DNA of 63,073 bases, counting the filler, from Licmophora abbreviata (Eukaryota), in assembly GCA_900291995.1 (NCBI GenBank). It is 15 parts of 15 records of this genome, joined end to end, with 100 filler letters (N's around TTAATTAATTAA, not from the genome) between each part and the next. Parts side by side here need not be neighbours in the genome. Positions count along the whole stretch, not along the records: positions 49,873 to 55,863 come from OLMU01001914.1; positions 55,964 to 63,073 come from OLMU01001916.1; 13 more parts are not named here. One strand, 5' to 3'. The notes under the pieces were generated by a model. That model was not told the origin of the DNA. It saw only the letters and a program-made list of their open reading frames with translations, and ran no database searches. Made by a program: the position numbers and the translations under genes. This document shows positions 54,065 to 63,073 of this stretch, piece after piece (positions within the stretch are counted from its first letter, which is position 1; every line of letters starts with the position of its first letter).

Positions 54065-54748
54065 TTGCGATCAAGGTCGATCCGTACGATCCGACGTGCC
54101 GAACTCTCAAAGGCGGCATTCGAGGCTGTGGTCCTTTATGGACTTCGTGGAACGACACTTGAGAAGGTCGGCGAGATTGCAGGCGTTTCCAAGGGTGTCG
54201 TCTTGCATCATTTCAAAGACAAGAGCTCTTTGCTTGAGGCCGTGATCCGCCGAACCAACGGAATGCTCAGCACGTCGCTGGTCGAACTCTATCGGCACGC
54301 TGAGACACCCTATGAGCGGCTTTGGGCCATCATCATCGCAAATTTCCACGAGTCGATCTTCAATCAGGCAGTCTGCCAGGCATGGGTGTCGCTTATGGCA
54401 GAGGTTCCCCATAACAGGTCATGCCAACGCGTGCAGATTGCCAATTATGCGCGCGTGTCCAGTAATTTTTCGCATGAGTTGAAGCACTTTGTTACAAGAG
54501 ATGAAGCCAAGATCATCGCGCGCCAGCTCAACCTGTTGATTGACGGCATTTGGGTGCGGGTTGGCTCGCGGGTCGAACCGCTCGATAGCGACCGTGCAAT
54601 CGGCGACCTTGAGTATTTCCTGATGCGGTTTCTACCAATGGATGAAGAAAGCATCCAAAAGCATCGGGCTGCACGCGAAAAGATCGAGAACGTGGCACGT
54701 ATCGCACTGGGAACGCGTGCATTTCTTGAGACCGCAATGGCACGCTGA
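54065..54748 (+). CDS. BetI-like TetR-family repressor
   Basis: IRRAELSKAAFE..TTLEKVGEIAGVSKGVVLHHFKDK, RLWAIIIANF, AWVSL, LIDGIWVR. Confidence 0.8.
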   Translation: MRSRSIRTIRRAELSKAAFEAVVLYGLRGTTLEKVGEIAGVSKGVVLHHFKDKSSLLEAVIRRTNGMLSTSLVELYRHAETPYERLWAIIIANFHESIFNQAVCQAWVSLMAEVPHNRSCQRVQIANYARVSSNFSHELKHFVTRDEAKIIARQLNLLIDGIWVRVGSRVEPLDSDRAIGDLEYFLMRFLPMDEESIQKHRAAREKIENVARIALGTRAFLETAMAR

Positions 54749-54751
54749 TGG

Positions 54752-55660
54752 TCAGTCACCGGCCATGACCCGGGTCAGGTGGTCTGCGATCTGACGGATG
54801 GACTGTTGCGCCTCAGGCAAGTTTTTATACCATTCAAAGACGTGCCAAAGACCTTCCCACACTTGCAGATCGACCCTCGCTCCGCTGTCGCGCAGCCGTT
54901 GTGACAGCTGAACCGCTTGGCTTAGCAGCAGGTCGCGGGTTCCAGTGCTGATCAGGACCGCAGGAAAGCCGGAATCGAACATGCCGTTGATTGGTGAAAT
55001 CAATGGCTGATCCACATTGTTGGTCCCAGCATAATAGCTTGCCGCGATATCCGAATTTCGCCGCGTCAACGTGGGGTCGCGGCCATCGTTGAAGGTCAGG
55101 CTCTCGCCTGCGTTGCTCAGATCGCACCACGGCGACAGAAGGGCGGCAGCACCGGGCAATCGCAAACCTTCGGCTTTCGCCTTTAGAATCCAAGCGAGCG
55201 ACAGGTTTCCCCCTGCAGATTCCCCTATAATTGCAAACGTCTGGTCGGCAATCGTCCGGTAGACCGCAAAGCCATCGTCAACGGCAGCCGGCCAGGGATG
55301 TTCGGGTGCCAGCCGATAGTCCGGCACAATGACCCTAGCACCGCTCAGGGCCGAAATTGGGGCTATGATCGGCAGGTCTTCGATTGGGCTTCCTTCGACC
55401 ATGCCACCGCCAAAACCATAGAGTATGGGCCAGTCGACCCGCAGGGTTGTTGGGCGCACGTCCAAGCAGCGCACCCCGCCAAGTGTTACTTCATCTAGCT
55501 TAACGCCATGCTCCTTACATATGCGTGGAGCTTCGGCATTGGCCAACTCCATCGCTTTTGCCCGCAAGGCGGGTAGGTTTCGAGCCGATCTGTCTCTTGC
55601 TCGGACGCCTTGATCCAGAAAGTTCAGGGCGGCGTCGCTGAGATGTGGGAAGGGTGACAT
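54752..55660 (-). CDS. Alpha/beta hydrolase, HSL-family esterase
   Basis: DYRLAPEHPWPAAVDD, GESAGG, LSPW, GTRD, GLWHVF. Confidence 0.9.
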   Translation of the reverse strand: MSPFPHLSDAALNFLDQGVRARDRSARNLPALRAKAMELANAEAPRICKEHGVKLDEVTLGGVRCLDVRPTTLRVDWPILYGFGGGMVEGSPIEDLPIIAPISALSGARVIVPDYRLAPEHPWPAAVDDGFAVYRTIADQTFAIIGESAGGNLSLAWILKAKAEGLRLPGAAALLSPWCDLSNAGESLTFNDGRDPTLTRRNSDIAASYYAGTNNVDQPLISPINGMFDSGFPAVLISTGTRDLLLSQAVQLSQRLRDSGARVDLQVWEGLWHVFEWYKNLPEAQQSIRQIADHLTRVMAGD

Positions 55661-55793
55661 GATTGGGATCCCGTGGTTATTGTGCCTGTCGGCCAAAGGC
55701 GATTGACTTGCGTTTGAAAGACAAATGACGAGTGGTCATGAAATTCTTAGGTGCGGATCTGTGGGTTAGGCCTTTGGGCCATCTTGTCGATCA

Positions 55794-56428
55794 TCACGCA
55801 GTCGGGCGACTTGATTGAAAATGTTCGGAAAGTTTGCCCAAGGCTCCCGTGTCTATCTCGACANNNNNNNNNNNNNNNNNNNNNNNNNNNNNNNNNNNNN
55901 NNNNNNNTTAATTAATTAANNNNNNNNNNNNNNNNNNNNNNNNNNNNNNNNNNNNNNNNNNNNATTCGCGTAAACCGGCAGGGGCGTCCTGTGGTCCCCG
56001 CCAAGAACGTCACAAAGCGGTTTTTCCGCAAGCTTGCCATGGATGTCCCACAATGCCATTTCCAGCGCGCTCGTTGCGGCGGAGAAGTCCAGGCCGCGAT
56101 GTTTTGAGGCGATTTCAAGTGCCATGGCGCGAAACGCCCAAGGAGATGCAGATTGCAGCGAAGCCGCCGCTTGGCCAAGTGCATGAATGATCTCTGCGAC
56201 GGCTTTCTCGCGACAGGGCAGAACAAATGCCTCGCCCAAGCCGGCTATTCCGCTGTCGGTGGTGACACGAAGCAGCAGACAGGGTTTTACGTCACTCCAG
56301 CCTCCGCCGCCCTTTGCCGGGGCGGTGATCCAGGTCTCGATCTGCGCCAGCACGACGTGTGCGACCCCGGAGGGCGCTTGCCGATTTAAAGAGGATGGGG
56401 CCAAGGGGCGACGGGCGATTGTCTGCAT
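55794..56428 (-). CDS. Mandelate racemase/muconate lactonizing enzyme family; most of the middle lost in gap
   Basis: RVTTDSGIAGLGE, SALEMALWDIHGK..PLCDVLGG..PVYAN; C-terminus VEIDTGAL..RPTA* beyond the gap. Confidence 0.8.
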
Positions 56429-56459
56429 CTGATGTGTCCAGGAAATGAGTATTCGAAAA

Positions 56460-56476
56460 ACTAACCTATGGTCAGT
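56460..56476. promoter_or_regulatory. BetI/TetR-like operator between divergent genes
   Basis: ACTAACCtatGGTCAGT near-perfect palindrome. Confidence 0.65.
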
Positions 56477-56592
56477 TTATAGACAATGAGCATGTTGTGA
56501 TGGTTGGGTGGCGGTGCGAACGGCTCCTATTACCATCCCCCTGTAAACGGCACGAGTGTATTGGACCGGCCAGGCCATGCAGGAACGCGGTC

Positions 56593-57020
56593 ATGAAATT
56601 CGACTACATCATCGTGGGGGCAGGCTCGGCCGGTTGCGATCTGGCCAATCGCTTGACCAGCGATCCACGCAACCGGGTCTTGCTTCTGGATGCGGGCCCT
56701 GACAACAGCGCGCTCTCCCTGAAGATTCCGGTTGCACTTTTGACGACCCTGAAAGGCACCAGGTACAACTGGGCTTTTGAGGGTGAGCCTGAACCATCGC
56801 TCAACGATCGCAAGATAAGTCATGACCGTGGCAAGACGGTTGGGGGCTCGTCCTCGATCAACGGGATGGTGTTCGTCCGGGAACATGCATTGGACTACGA
56901 AGGCTGGCGACCGGCAGGCTGGCCGAAAAGCTGAGCGATGACATTCTGAGCCGCGTGCCCCTGAAGCGGGACGATGCCGACGTCTGGTCCAATGAGCAAG
57001 CCGCGAAACCGCAGCTTTGA
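56593..57020 (+). pseudogene. Internally deleted GMC oxidoreductase (choline dehydrogenase-like)
   Basis: FDYIIVGAGSAGC..RGKTVGGSSSINGMVFVR, then out-of-frame C-terminus AEKLSDDILSRVPL..VW. Confidence 0.8.
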
Positions 57021-57099
57021 GGAACGCCGTGCAGCAAGAGGCAAGGCCGAACGCGGGTCGCGAAAAGTAATGGAAATCCGTAGGCATGAAAACTATACA

Positions 57100-57129
57100 T
57101 TGACATAAAAAACTGACCAAAGGTAAGTT
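57100..57129 (+). promoter_or_regulatory. sigma70-type promoter with BetI/TetR-like operator
   Basis: TTGACA-N6-ACTGACCaaaGGTAAGTT. Confidence 0.7.
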
Positions 57130-57203
57130 GTGGTTGGGGAAGAGAGGCCAACACCTCTGCCACTGCAGACAGCGGCCAAATCGTCAATTTCTGGGAGGAA
57201 GAC

Positions 57204-58151
57204 ATGTTTTCGACACTGAAGGCAGCTCTGGTTGCCACGTCTCTTATCGCGTCGGCATCCGTTGCGTCCGGGCAATCGGTTCCCGAGTCCACCGATCCGA
57301 TCAAGGTCGTTCTGAACGACTGGACTGGTCAGCTTTTCTCGGCGAACGTCGCGGGGCTGTTGCTGCAGGAGATGGGCTATAATGTCGAGTATGTGAGCGC
57401 CGGTGCCCTTCCGCAACATGTTGGCCTGCAACAAGGCAACCTGCATTTCGTCTCCGAAGTCTGGAGTAACAATGTCGGGGATATCTATCCCAAGGCGCTT
57501 GCCGCCGGAGAGGTCGTGAACCTGGGCAGCCTCGGTCTCGATCTCAAGGAAGGCTGGGTCTATCCGCCCTATATGGAAGAGGTTTGCCCCGGTCTGCCGG
57601 ATTATAGAGCGCTCTATGATTGTGCGCCGGCCTTTGCGGCCCCTGAGACCTTTCCCAAGGGGCGTCTGATCACCTATCCGGCGGATTGGGGCACCAGATC
57701 AAGGGATCTGGTAGCTGCGATCGACATGCCGCTCGAGCCGATCGCGGGCGGCAGCGAAGGGGCGATGATCGCGGAACTTCGTTCTGCCATCGACGCGCAA
57801 CAGCCCATCCTCATGATGATGTACCAACCGCACTGGATATTCAGCGAGTACGAGCTGAACTTCGTCGAGTGGAACCCGATCGAGGGCGAATGCGTGGAAG
57901 AGAGCCAAATGCGCGAAACCGCCTGTGGTTTTCAACAGGCGACAGCTGACAAGGTCGTCTGGGGCGGTTTCGAAGCTGAATGGCCGGCCGCGTTCCGGAT
58001 GCTGTCGGCTTTGACGCTGACAAACGCCGACGAAAACGCGGCCATTCTTGCTGTCGATACCCAGGGCGCCCAGGTCGAAGACATCGCGGCAGACTGGGTT
58101 GCAAAGAACGAAGCAACTTGGAAGCCCTGGATCGAACAGGCCCTGCAATAG
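57204..58151 (+). CDS. Quaternary-amine (ProX/OpuAC, TmoX-like) ABC substrate-binding protein
   Basis: Signal peptide; DPIKVVLNDWTGQ, GYNVEYV, CPGLP, PHW, WKPWI. Confidence 0.85.
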   Translation: MFSTLKAALVATSLIASASVASGQSVPESTDPIKVVLNDWTGQLFSANVAGLLLQEMGYNVEYVSAGALPQHVGLQQGNLHFVSEVWSNNVGDIYPKALAAGEVVNLGSLGLDLKEGWVYPPYMEEVCPGLPDYRALYDCAPAFAAPETFPKGRLITYPADWGTRSRDLVAAIDMPLEPIAGGSEGAMIAELRSAIDAQQPILMMMYQPHWIFSEYELNFVEWNPIEGECVEESQMRETACGFQQATADKVVWGGFEAEWPAAFRMLSALTLTNADENAAILAVDTQGAQVEDIAADWVAKNEATWKPWIEQALQ

Positions 58152-58284
58152 CCTCGATCATCCCTGCACAAACAGCCGAAGACGTCCGCCAGGCATGGTT
58201 TCGACCCGATACTGCCGAAAGCTGTGCGCCTATGGCCGACCGTCTGCATCGCGCGTTGTGCCTTCGATCCAACGGGAGCCCGCC

Positions 58285-59367
58285 ATGACAAACACAACTG
58301 CCGACCCGGGCCCGGTCAGATTGTCCTGCCGAAACGTCTGGAAGGTCTATGGGGCTTACCCGGATCGGTTCTTTGAGGCCGCATCGGGACCGGGGCGCGA
58401 TGCCGCGACAAAGGCTGCCGAAATCCAAGCCGAAGGGCACATCGTCGCCAATGCCGATGTCAGTTTTGATGTCCATGAGGGGGAGATATTCGTGATCATG
58501 GGGCTGTCGGGATCGGGCAAGTCGACCATCCTGCGTTGTCTGTCCCGTTTGGTCGAGCCTACGGCGGGTGAGATCCTGCTTGACGGTGAGGACCTGTTGA
58601 AAAAGTCGACCGCCGAGTTGATCGATATTCGCCGCCACAAGATGGGCATGGTGTTCCAGAATTTTGGTCTGATGCCGCATCTCAACGTGATCGACAACAT
58701 CGCGTTCCCCCTGAAGGTGCAAGGCATGCGCGCGGAAGATCGCTATGCATGTGCCGCGCGTGTGATCGATCTGGTGGGGCTCGCAGGCCGCGAACACGAC
58801 TTTCCAAATGCGTTGTCCGGCGGTCAGCAGCAGCGTGTGGGCATCGCCCGGTCGCTCGCGGTTGAACCTGACGTCTGGTTCCTGGACGAACCCTTTTCGG
58901 CGCTCGATCCCTTGATCCGCAAGCAGATGCAGAACGAATTCCTGCGCATTCAGTCGCAACTGCGCAAGTCCATCGTCTTCATCACCCATGATTTCCAGGA
59001 GGCACTCCGGATCGCCGATCGCATGGCCATCATGCGCGACGGTGCCGTGGTGCAGATCGGTCGTCCGATTGATCTGATCCTGAACCCGGCGGATGACTAT
59101 ATCCGCGACTTCACGCAGGACGTTCCCTGGGAAAGCATCATGCGCGCGCGCGACATCATGGAGCCGGCTGACGGGCCTTTGGACAGCCTGCGCCGGGTTC
59201 CTGCAGATGCGCTTGTCGAAAGCCTGTTGGCCGATCTGGCCAGCGCGGCAGCCGGCGTCGTTGTCGAAGGCGCCGATGGTGCCGTTCTTGGGATCGCAAC
59301 CGCTCGGAGCTTTGCTGCGTCGCTGGCCCGGGGCTGCATTCCCGGTAACCACTCGGGGCCTGCATGA
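58285..59367 (+). CDS. Betaine/choline ABC ATP-binding protein (ProV-like)
   Basis: MGLSGSGKST, LSGGQQQRVG, DEPFSALDPLIR. Confidence 0.9.
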   Translation: MTNTTADPGPVRLSCRNVWKVYGAYPDRFFEAASGPGRDAATKAAEIQAEGHIVANADVSFDVHEGEIFVIMGLSGSGKSTILRCLSRLVEPTAGEILLDGEDLLKKSTAELIDIRRHKMGMVFQNFGLMPHLNVIDNIAFPLKVQGMRAEDRYACAARVIDLVGLAGREHDFPNALSGGQQQRVGIARSLAVEPDVWFLDEPFSALDPLIRKQMQNEFLRIQSQLRKSIVFITHDFQEALRIADRMAIMRDGAVVQIGRPIDLILNPADDYIRDFTQDVPWESIMRARDIMEPADGPLDSLRRVPADALVESLLADLASAAAGVVVEGADGAVLGIATARSFAASLARGCIPGNHSGPA

Positions 59368-61436
59368 AGCAGTTGCCGGATCGTTTTGATCGCGCCACGC
59401 TATTGTGGCTTGGCGCAATCGCCCTGACCCTGATCGGCGTGTTCGTGCAGGAGCATCTGGACTGGCTGGCGCGCTACCCTGAAACATGGGTCGTGCCGCT
59501 TGCAGATGTCCTAAACGCCTTGTCCAACTGGATCGTGGGGCAGTTTTCCCCGGTTTTCCAAGCCATATCCCTTGTTCTGGGAGTCCCGATCAAGGCTGTC
59601 CAGCAGGTGCTGCAAGTGCTTCCCTGGTCGGTGACCATGTTCGGGTTTTGCGTTTTGGCCTATGCGGCTTCGGGCTGGCGGTTGGCATTGTTCACCTTTG
59701 GGGCGTCGGCTTACATGCTTGCCATCGGCTACTGGGACGCGGGGATGAACACCTTGTCTCTGGTGGCGATCTCTGTCCCTTCGGCAATCCTTGTGGGCTT
59801 TGCAATCGGCGTCTGGGGGTTTCGTTCGCCACGTGCAGAGCGGATCATCATGCCCGCGCTGGACCTGCTTCAGACCGTCCCGACATTCGCCTACCTGCTT
59901 CCAATCTTGATGCTGTTTGGCTTTGGAACGGTCGTCGGGCTGATCGCGAGCATCTTGTATTCCTTTCCCCCGATGGTGCGCAACACCATCCTTGGGCTGC
60001 GCCGTGTGGCCCCGGAGGTGATTGAATCCGGACTGATGGCCGGCGCGACGACGAGACAGCTTTTCTGGCAGGTTCGCGTCTCCTCGGCGCGGCGACAGCT
60101 TCTTCTGGGGGTCAATCAGGCGACCATGGCGTCTTTGAGCATGGTGATTATCGCGTCCATCATCGGTGGGACGGCAGACCTTGGCTGGGAGGTGCTGTCA
60201 ACAATCCGAAAGGCTCAATTCGGTGAAAGCCTACTAGTCGGTCTGGTGATCGCACTGATGGCCATGGTGATCGATCGCGTAACAAGCGGCCTGGCGAATG
60301 GTTCGGACCGGGATGGCATGCCGCGATACCATCGGCATCTATGGATCATCGCGGTTTTGGGCAGCATCGTGATTTTCGCCGCGTCTCTCGTGGCCCCGAT
60401 ACTGAACGAATGGCCGGAAGCGTATCGCTTCAACCCCGCGCCTGTCATGAACGAGGCTCTGAGCGGCTTCATCACCACGTTTCGCACACAGATCGAAATG
60501 ATCAAGACTGCGGCCTTCTATTTCTTGATGCTGCCCGTGAAGATCGGTCTGCAAGGCGCGGTCAGCCCCTATACATGGGGTTTTTCGCTGACCACTGCAC
60601 ACTCACTGGCCTTTGCCCTGAGCACGGTCGCGCTTGCCCTTTGGTCAACGACACGTCGGGGGCCAAAGGTCGGCATCGCAATCCTCGTCTTTGCCGTTGT
60701 ATATTATTTTGGGCTGACCGGCTTGCCGTGGCCGGCCCTCATCCTGCTCCTAGCCCTCCTGGCCTATGGAATTGGTGGCGTTGTCCTTTCGTTTGGCACG
60801 ATTCTTGGTCTGGCTTTCATCCTCGTAACCGGCAACTGGCCTGCCGCGGTGCTCTCGATATACCTTTGCGGGATCGCCGTGGTGATCGCATTCACGCTTG
60901 GCACCGCCATCGGTATCTGGGCCGCCCAAAATGACAGGGTCTCGGCTTTCGTTCGCCCGATCAACGACACGTTGCAGACCATGCCGCTATTCGTGATCCT
61001 GATCCCTTTCGTGATGGTTTTCAGAATTGGAGACTTCACCGCGCTTCTGTCGGTCATCGCCTATGCCATTGTTCCCGCGATCCGCTACGCCGAACACGGG
61101 TTGCGCAGCTTGCCGGATACTGTGATCGAGGCGGCGCGGATGGTTGGGGCGACGCCGCGCCAGATGCTCTGGCAGGTGCAGATTCCGCTGGCTCTTCCGG
61201 TCATGATGCTGGGCCTGAACCAGACAATTCTCTACGGCATCGCCATGCTCGTGATTGCCGCGCTCGTGGGTGCGGGAGGATTGGAGCAAACCGTTTACAC
61301 CGCTCTGACCGACGGCAACGTGGGTGAGGGCCTGATCGCGGGCCTTGCTATGGCGGTCATCGCCATCATCGCCGACCGAATGACAAACGGTTGGAGCCGA
61401 AAGCGCCAGTCAGCCCTCGGTTTCGGCCCCGGATAA
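59364..61436 (+). CDS. Betaine/choline ABC permease with two fused ProW-like units
   Basis: Two QT(V/M)P and G(V/L)NQ repeats with EAA-like loops. Confidence 0.88.
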   Translation: MKQLPDRFDRATLLWLGAIALTLIGVFVQEHLDWLARYPETWVVPLADVLNALSNWIVGQFSPVFQAISLVLGVPIKAVQQVLQVLPWSVTMFGFCVLAYAASGWRLALFTFGASAYMLAIGYWDAGMNTLSLVAISVPSAILVGFAIGVWGFRSPRAERIIMPALDLLQTVPTFAYLLPILMLFGFGTVVGLIASILYSFPPMVRNTILGLRRVAPEVIESGLMAGATTRQLFWQVRVSSARRQLLLGVNQATMASLSMVIIASIIGGTADLGWEVLSTIRKAQFGESLLVGLVIALMAMVIDRVTSGLANGSDRDGMPRYHRHLWIIAVLGSIVIFAASLVAPILNEWPEAYRFNPAPVMNEALSGFITTFRTQIEMIKTAAFYFLMLPVKIGLQGAVSPYTWGFSLTTAHSLAFALSTVALALWSTTRRGPKVGIAILVFAVVYYFGLTGLPWPALILLLALLAYGIGGVVLSFGTILGLAFILVTGNWPAAVLSIYLCGIAVVIAFTLGTAIGIWAAQNDRVSAFVRPINDTLQTMPLFVILIPFVMVFRIGDFTALLSVIAYAIVPAIRYAEHGLRSLPDTVIEAARMVGATPRQMLWQVQIPLALPVMMLGLNQTILYGIAMLVIAALVGAGGLEQTVYTALTDGNVGEGLIAGLAMAVIAIIADRMTNGWSRKRQSALGFGPG

Positions 61437-61494
61437 TGGCCCTTCCTTCCCCCCAATGCAGGCGCCTCGCGCTTCTCCAAAGGACCCAAAGACA

Positions 61495-62676
61495 ATGAAA
61501 ATAGATGATCTGACGATGCTGGCCGCACACGACTGGGACTTTCCGGTCCCGATTGCCTATGGTCCGGGACGATTGGCCGAGATGGGGCGTCGCTGTATAG
61601 AACTTGGTATCCGCAATCCGCTGATAGTGACTGATCGCGGCAGCCGTGACTTGCCCTTTATCGGTCAACTTCAATCCTTGCTTGAGGATCAAGAACTAGG
61701 CGCGACAATCTTTTCGGACATTTCCCCCAATCCGGTGGACAGCGAAATCGGATTGGGGCGCAAGGCGTTCCGCGCGGGCGGTCATGATGCAGTCATCGCG
61801 ATCGGCGGCGGGAGCGCCATGGATGGCGGCAAGGCTATCTGCCTGACGGCCAACAACGATCATGACCTCTGGGCGTTTGAATTCGAACAGCCTGTGCCGG
61901 TTATCGGGCAGGGCGAAAACTTTCCGGCCCTGATCACCATTCCGACAACCGCGGGTACCGGTGCCGAAACCGAAAGCACCGCCATGGTGACGCACGCGGC
62001 CAAGGGCATGAAGTTTTGCGTCTGGCACCCGGACCTGAAGCCGGCGCTGGCGCTCTTGGACCCGGAACTGACGGTTGGCCTTCCTCGCACGCTCACGGCC
62101 TGGACCGGGGCGGATGCGCTGGTTCATGCGATCGAGGCCTATCTCGTGCCGGGCTTTAACCCGTTGTGCGATGGCCTGGCGCTGGAAGGGCTGGCCCTGA
62201 TTGCAAAGTGGCTGCCGGTCGCCGTAGAAGAGCCACAGAATCTGAACGCGCGGGGGGGGATGCTGGTCGGCTCAAGCCTCGCCGGGATCGCTTTTCTGAA
62301 GGGTCTCGGCATGGTCCATGCGATTTCCCATATGGTCGGAGCCGAATTCAACACGCAACACGGCTTGACCAACGCGATCCTTCTGCCCGTCGTGCTGCGC
62401 TTCAACTTGCCGGGTCAGGAAGAAAAGGTGCGCCGCATGGCCCAAGCTATGGATCTGTCCGATATGTCCGTCGAAGGGTTTATGGCTGCCGTGGAAACCA
62501 TGCTCGACCAGATTGAAATTCCGAAGTCTCTGGGCGAGATTGGCGTACCTGCAGATTGTGCTGCAAGGATCGCGGACAAGGCGTTGAAAGACAGTGCCGC
62601 CCGCACCAACCCCCGTGTGGCAACACAGGCCGAAGTGCAAGCGATGATCGAAAACGCCATCGCGCATGCGCGCTGA
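61495..62676 (+). CDS. Iron-containing alcohol dehydrogenase
   Basis: GGGSAMD, PTTAGTGAE, DALVHAIE, HAISH, HGLTN. Confidence 0.92.
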   Translation: MKIDDLTMLAAHDWDFPVPIAYGPGRLAEMGRRCIELGIRNPLIVTDRGSRDLPFIGQLQSLLEDQELGATIFSDISPNPVDSEIGLGRKAFRAGGHDAVIAIGGGSAMDGGKAICLTANNDHDLWAFEFEQPVPVIGQGENFPALITIPTTAGTGAETESTAMVTHAAKGMKFCVWHPDLKPALALLDPELTVGLPRTLTAWTGADALVHAIEAYLVPGFNPLCDGLALEGLALIAKWLPVAVEEPQNLNARGGMLVGSSLAGIAFLKGLGMVHAISHMVGAEFNTQHGLTNAILLPVVLRFNLPGQEEKVRRMAQAMDLSDMSVEGFMAAVETMLDQIEIPKSLGEIGVPADCAARIADKALKDSAARTNPRVATQAEVQAMIENAIAHAR

Positions 62677-62692
62677 CAATAGGGCGGGAAGA

Positions 62693-63073
62693 ATGCTGAA
62701 CCTGACTAAATTCTACATCGATGGCAATTGGGTTGCCCCGCAATCCTCGGTCACCTTGCCGGTTCTGAACCCGGCGACCGAGGCACAGATCGGCACCGTT
62801 TCTATGGGCAATGCGCAGGACGTGGATCGCGCCGTAGCGGCTGCAAAGGCGGGTTTTGTGGACTTCTCCACCACGTCAAAGGCAGACAGGCTCGATCTTT
62901 TGCATCGGTTGAAGTCTGCGACCGAGCGGCGCTTCGAGGATCTGGCGCAGGCCATGCGGATGGAGATGGGTGCCCCGATCACAATGGCGCGGTCCGCCCA
63001 GGCGGACGCGGCCATCGGTCATCTGCAGGGCTTCATCGACGCGCTGGAACAGCTGGATGAGCGCCAGGTGCTG
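62693..63073 (+). CDS. Aldehyde dehydrogenase, 5' part; runs off window
   Basis: Manual translation MLNLTKFYIDGNWV..LNPATE..DVDRAVAAAKAGF..EMGAPI. Confidence 0.85.
   Translation, partial: MLNLTKFYIDGNWVAPQSSVTLPVLNPATEAQIGTVSMGNAQDVDRAVAAAKAGFVDFSTTSKADRLDLLHRLKSATERRFEDLAQAMRMEMGAPITMARSAQADAAIGHLQGFIDALEQLDERQVL

Noticed and set aside
3720..55963. Recurrent TTAATTAATTAA as a biological repeat or CRISPR-like array
   Set aside because: Always centred in 100-bp N blocks; it is an assembly linker
1..63073. tRNA, rRNA, CRISPR array, prophage or defence genes
   Set aside because: No such signatures recognised by eye; a covariance-model scan would be needed to exclude small RNAs

Overview
GC-rich alphaproteobacterial (Rhodobacteraceae-like) scaffold broken by 14 artificial 100-bp gap linkers (N44-TTAATTAATTAA-N44), nearly all inside genes. 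In order: a Ca/Na antiporter end, exoD and an RTX/Hint protein; a GntR-linked allantoin-catabolism cluster (peptide-type ABC importer, racemase, ureidoglycolate lyase, PuuE, ureidoglycine aminohydrolase); a ~19-kb co-oriented amide/urea-like nitrogen-scavenging locus; a zone of IS remnants; a LuxR-HTH/hydrolase regulator divergent from a secreted vWA protein with Cys-rich repeats; a TetR-SDR-SnoaL module; and a BetI-like regulon with two ABC importers and two deletion pseudogenes. The 19-kb locus is amiC-amiR, an urt-like ABC importer, ureE-ureF-ureAB-ureC-ureG-ureD, amiE, a CbbQ/NorQ-type AAA+ ATPase with a CbbO/NorD-type vWA partner, an acetamidase/formamidase and an amidase-signature enzyme. 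It is the best candidate for an undescribed system: the urease keeps all nickel ligands but has remodelled substrate-pocket motifs, and the AAA+/vWA pair has no Rubisco or NO-reductase client nearby and follows amiE. No rRNA, tRNA or CRISPR array was seen. All family calls come from motif recognition by eye, not database searches.
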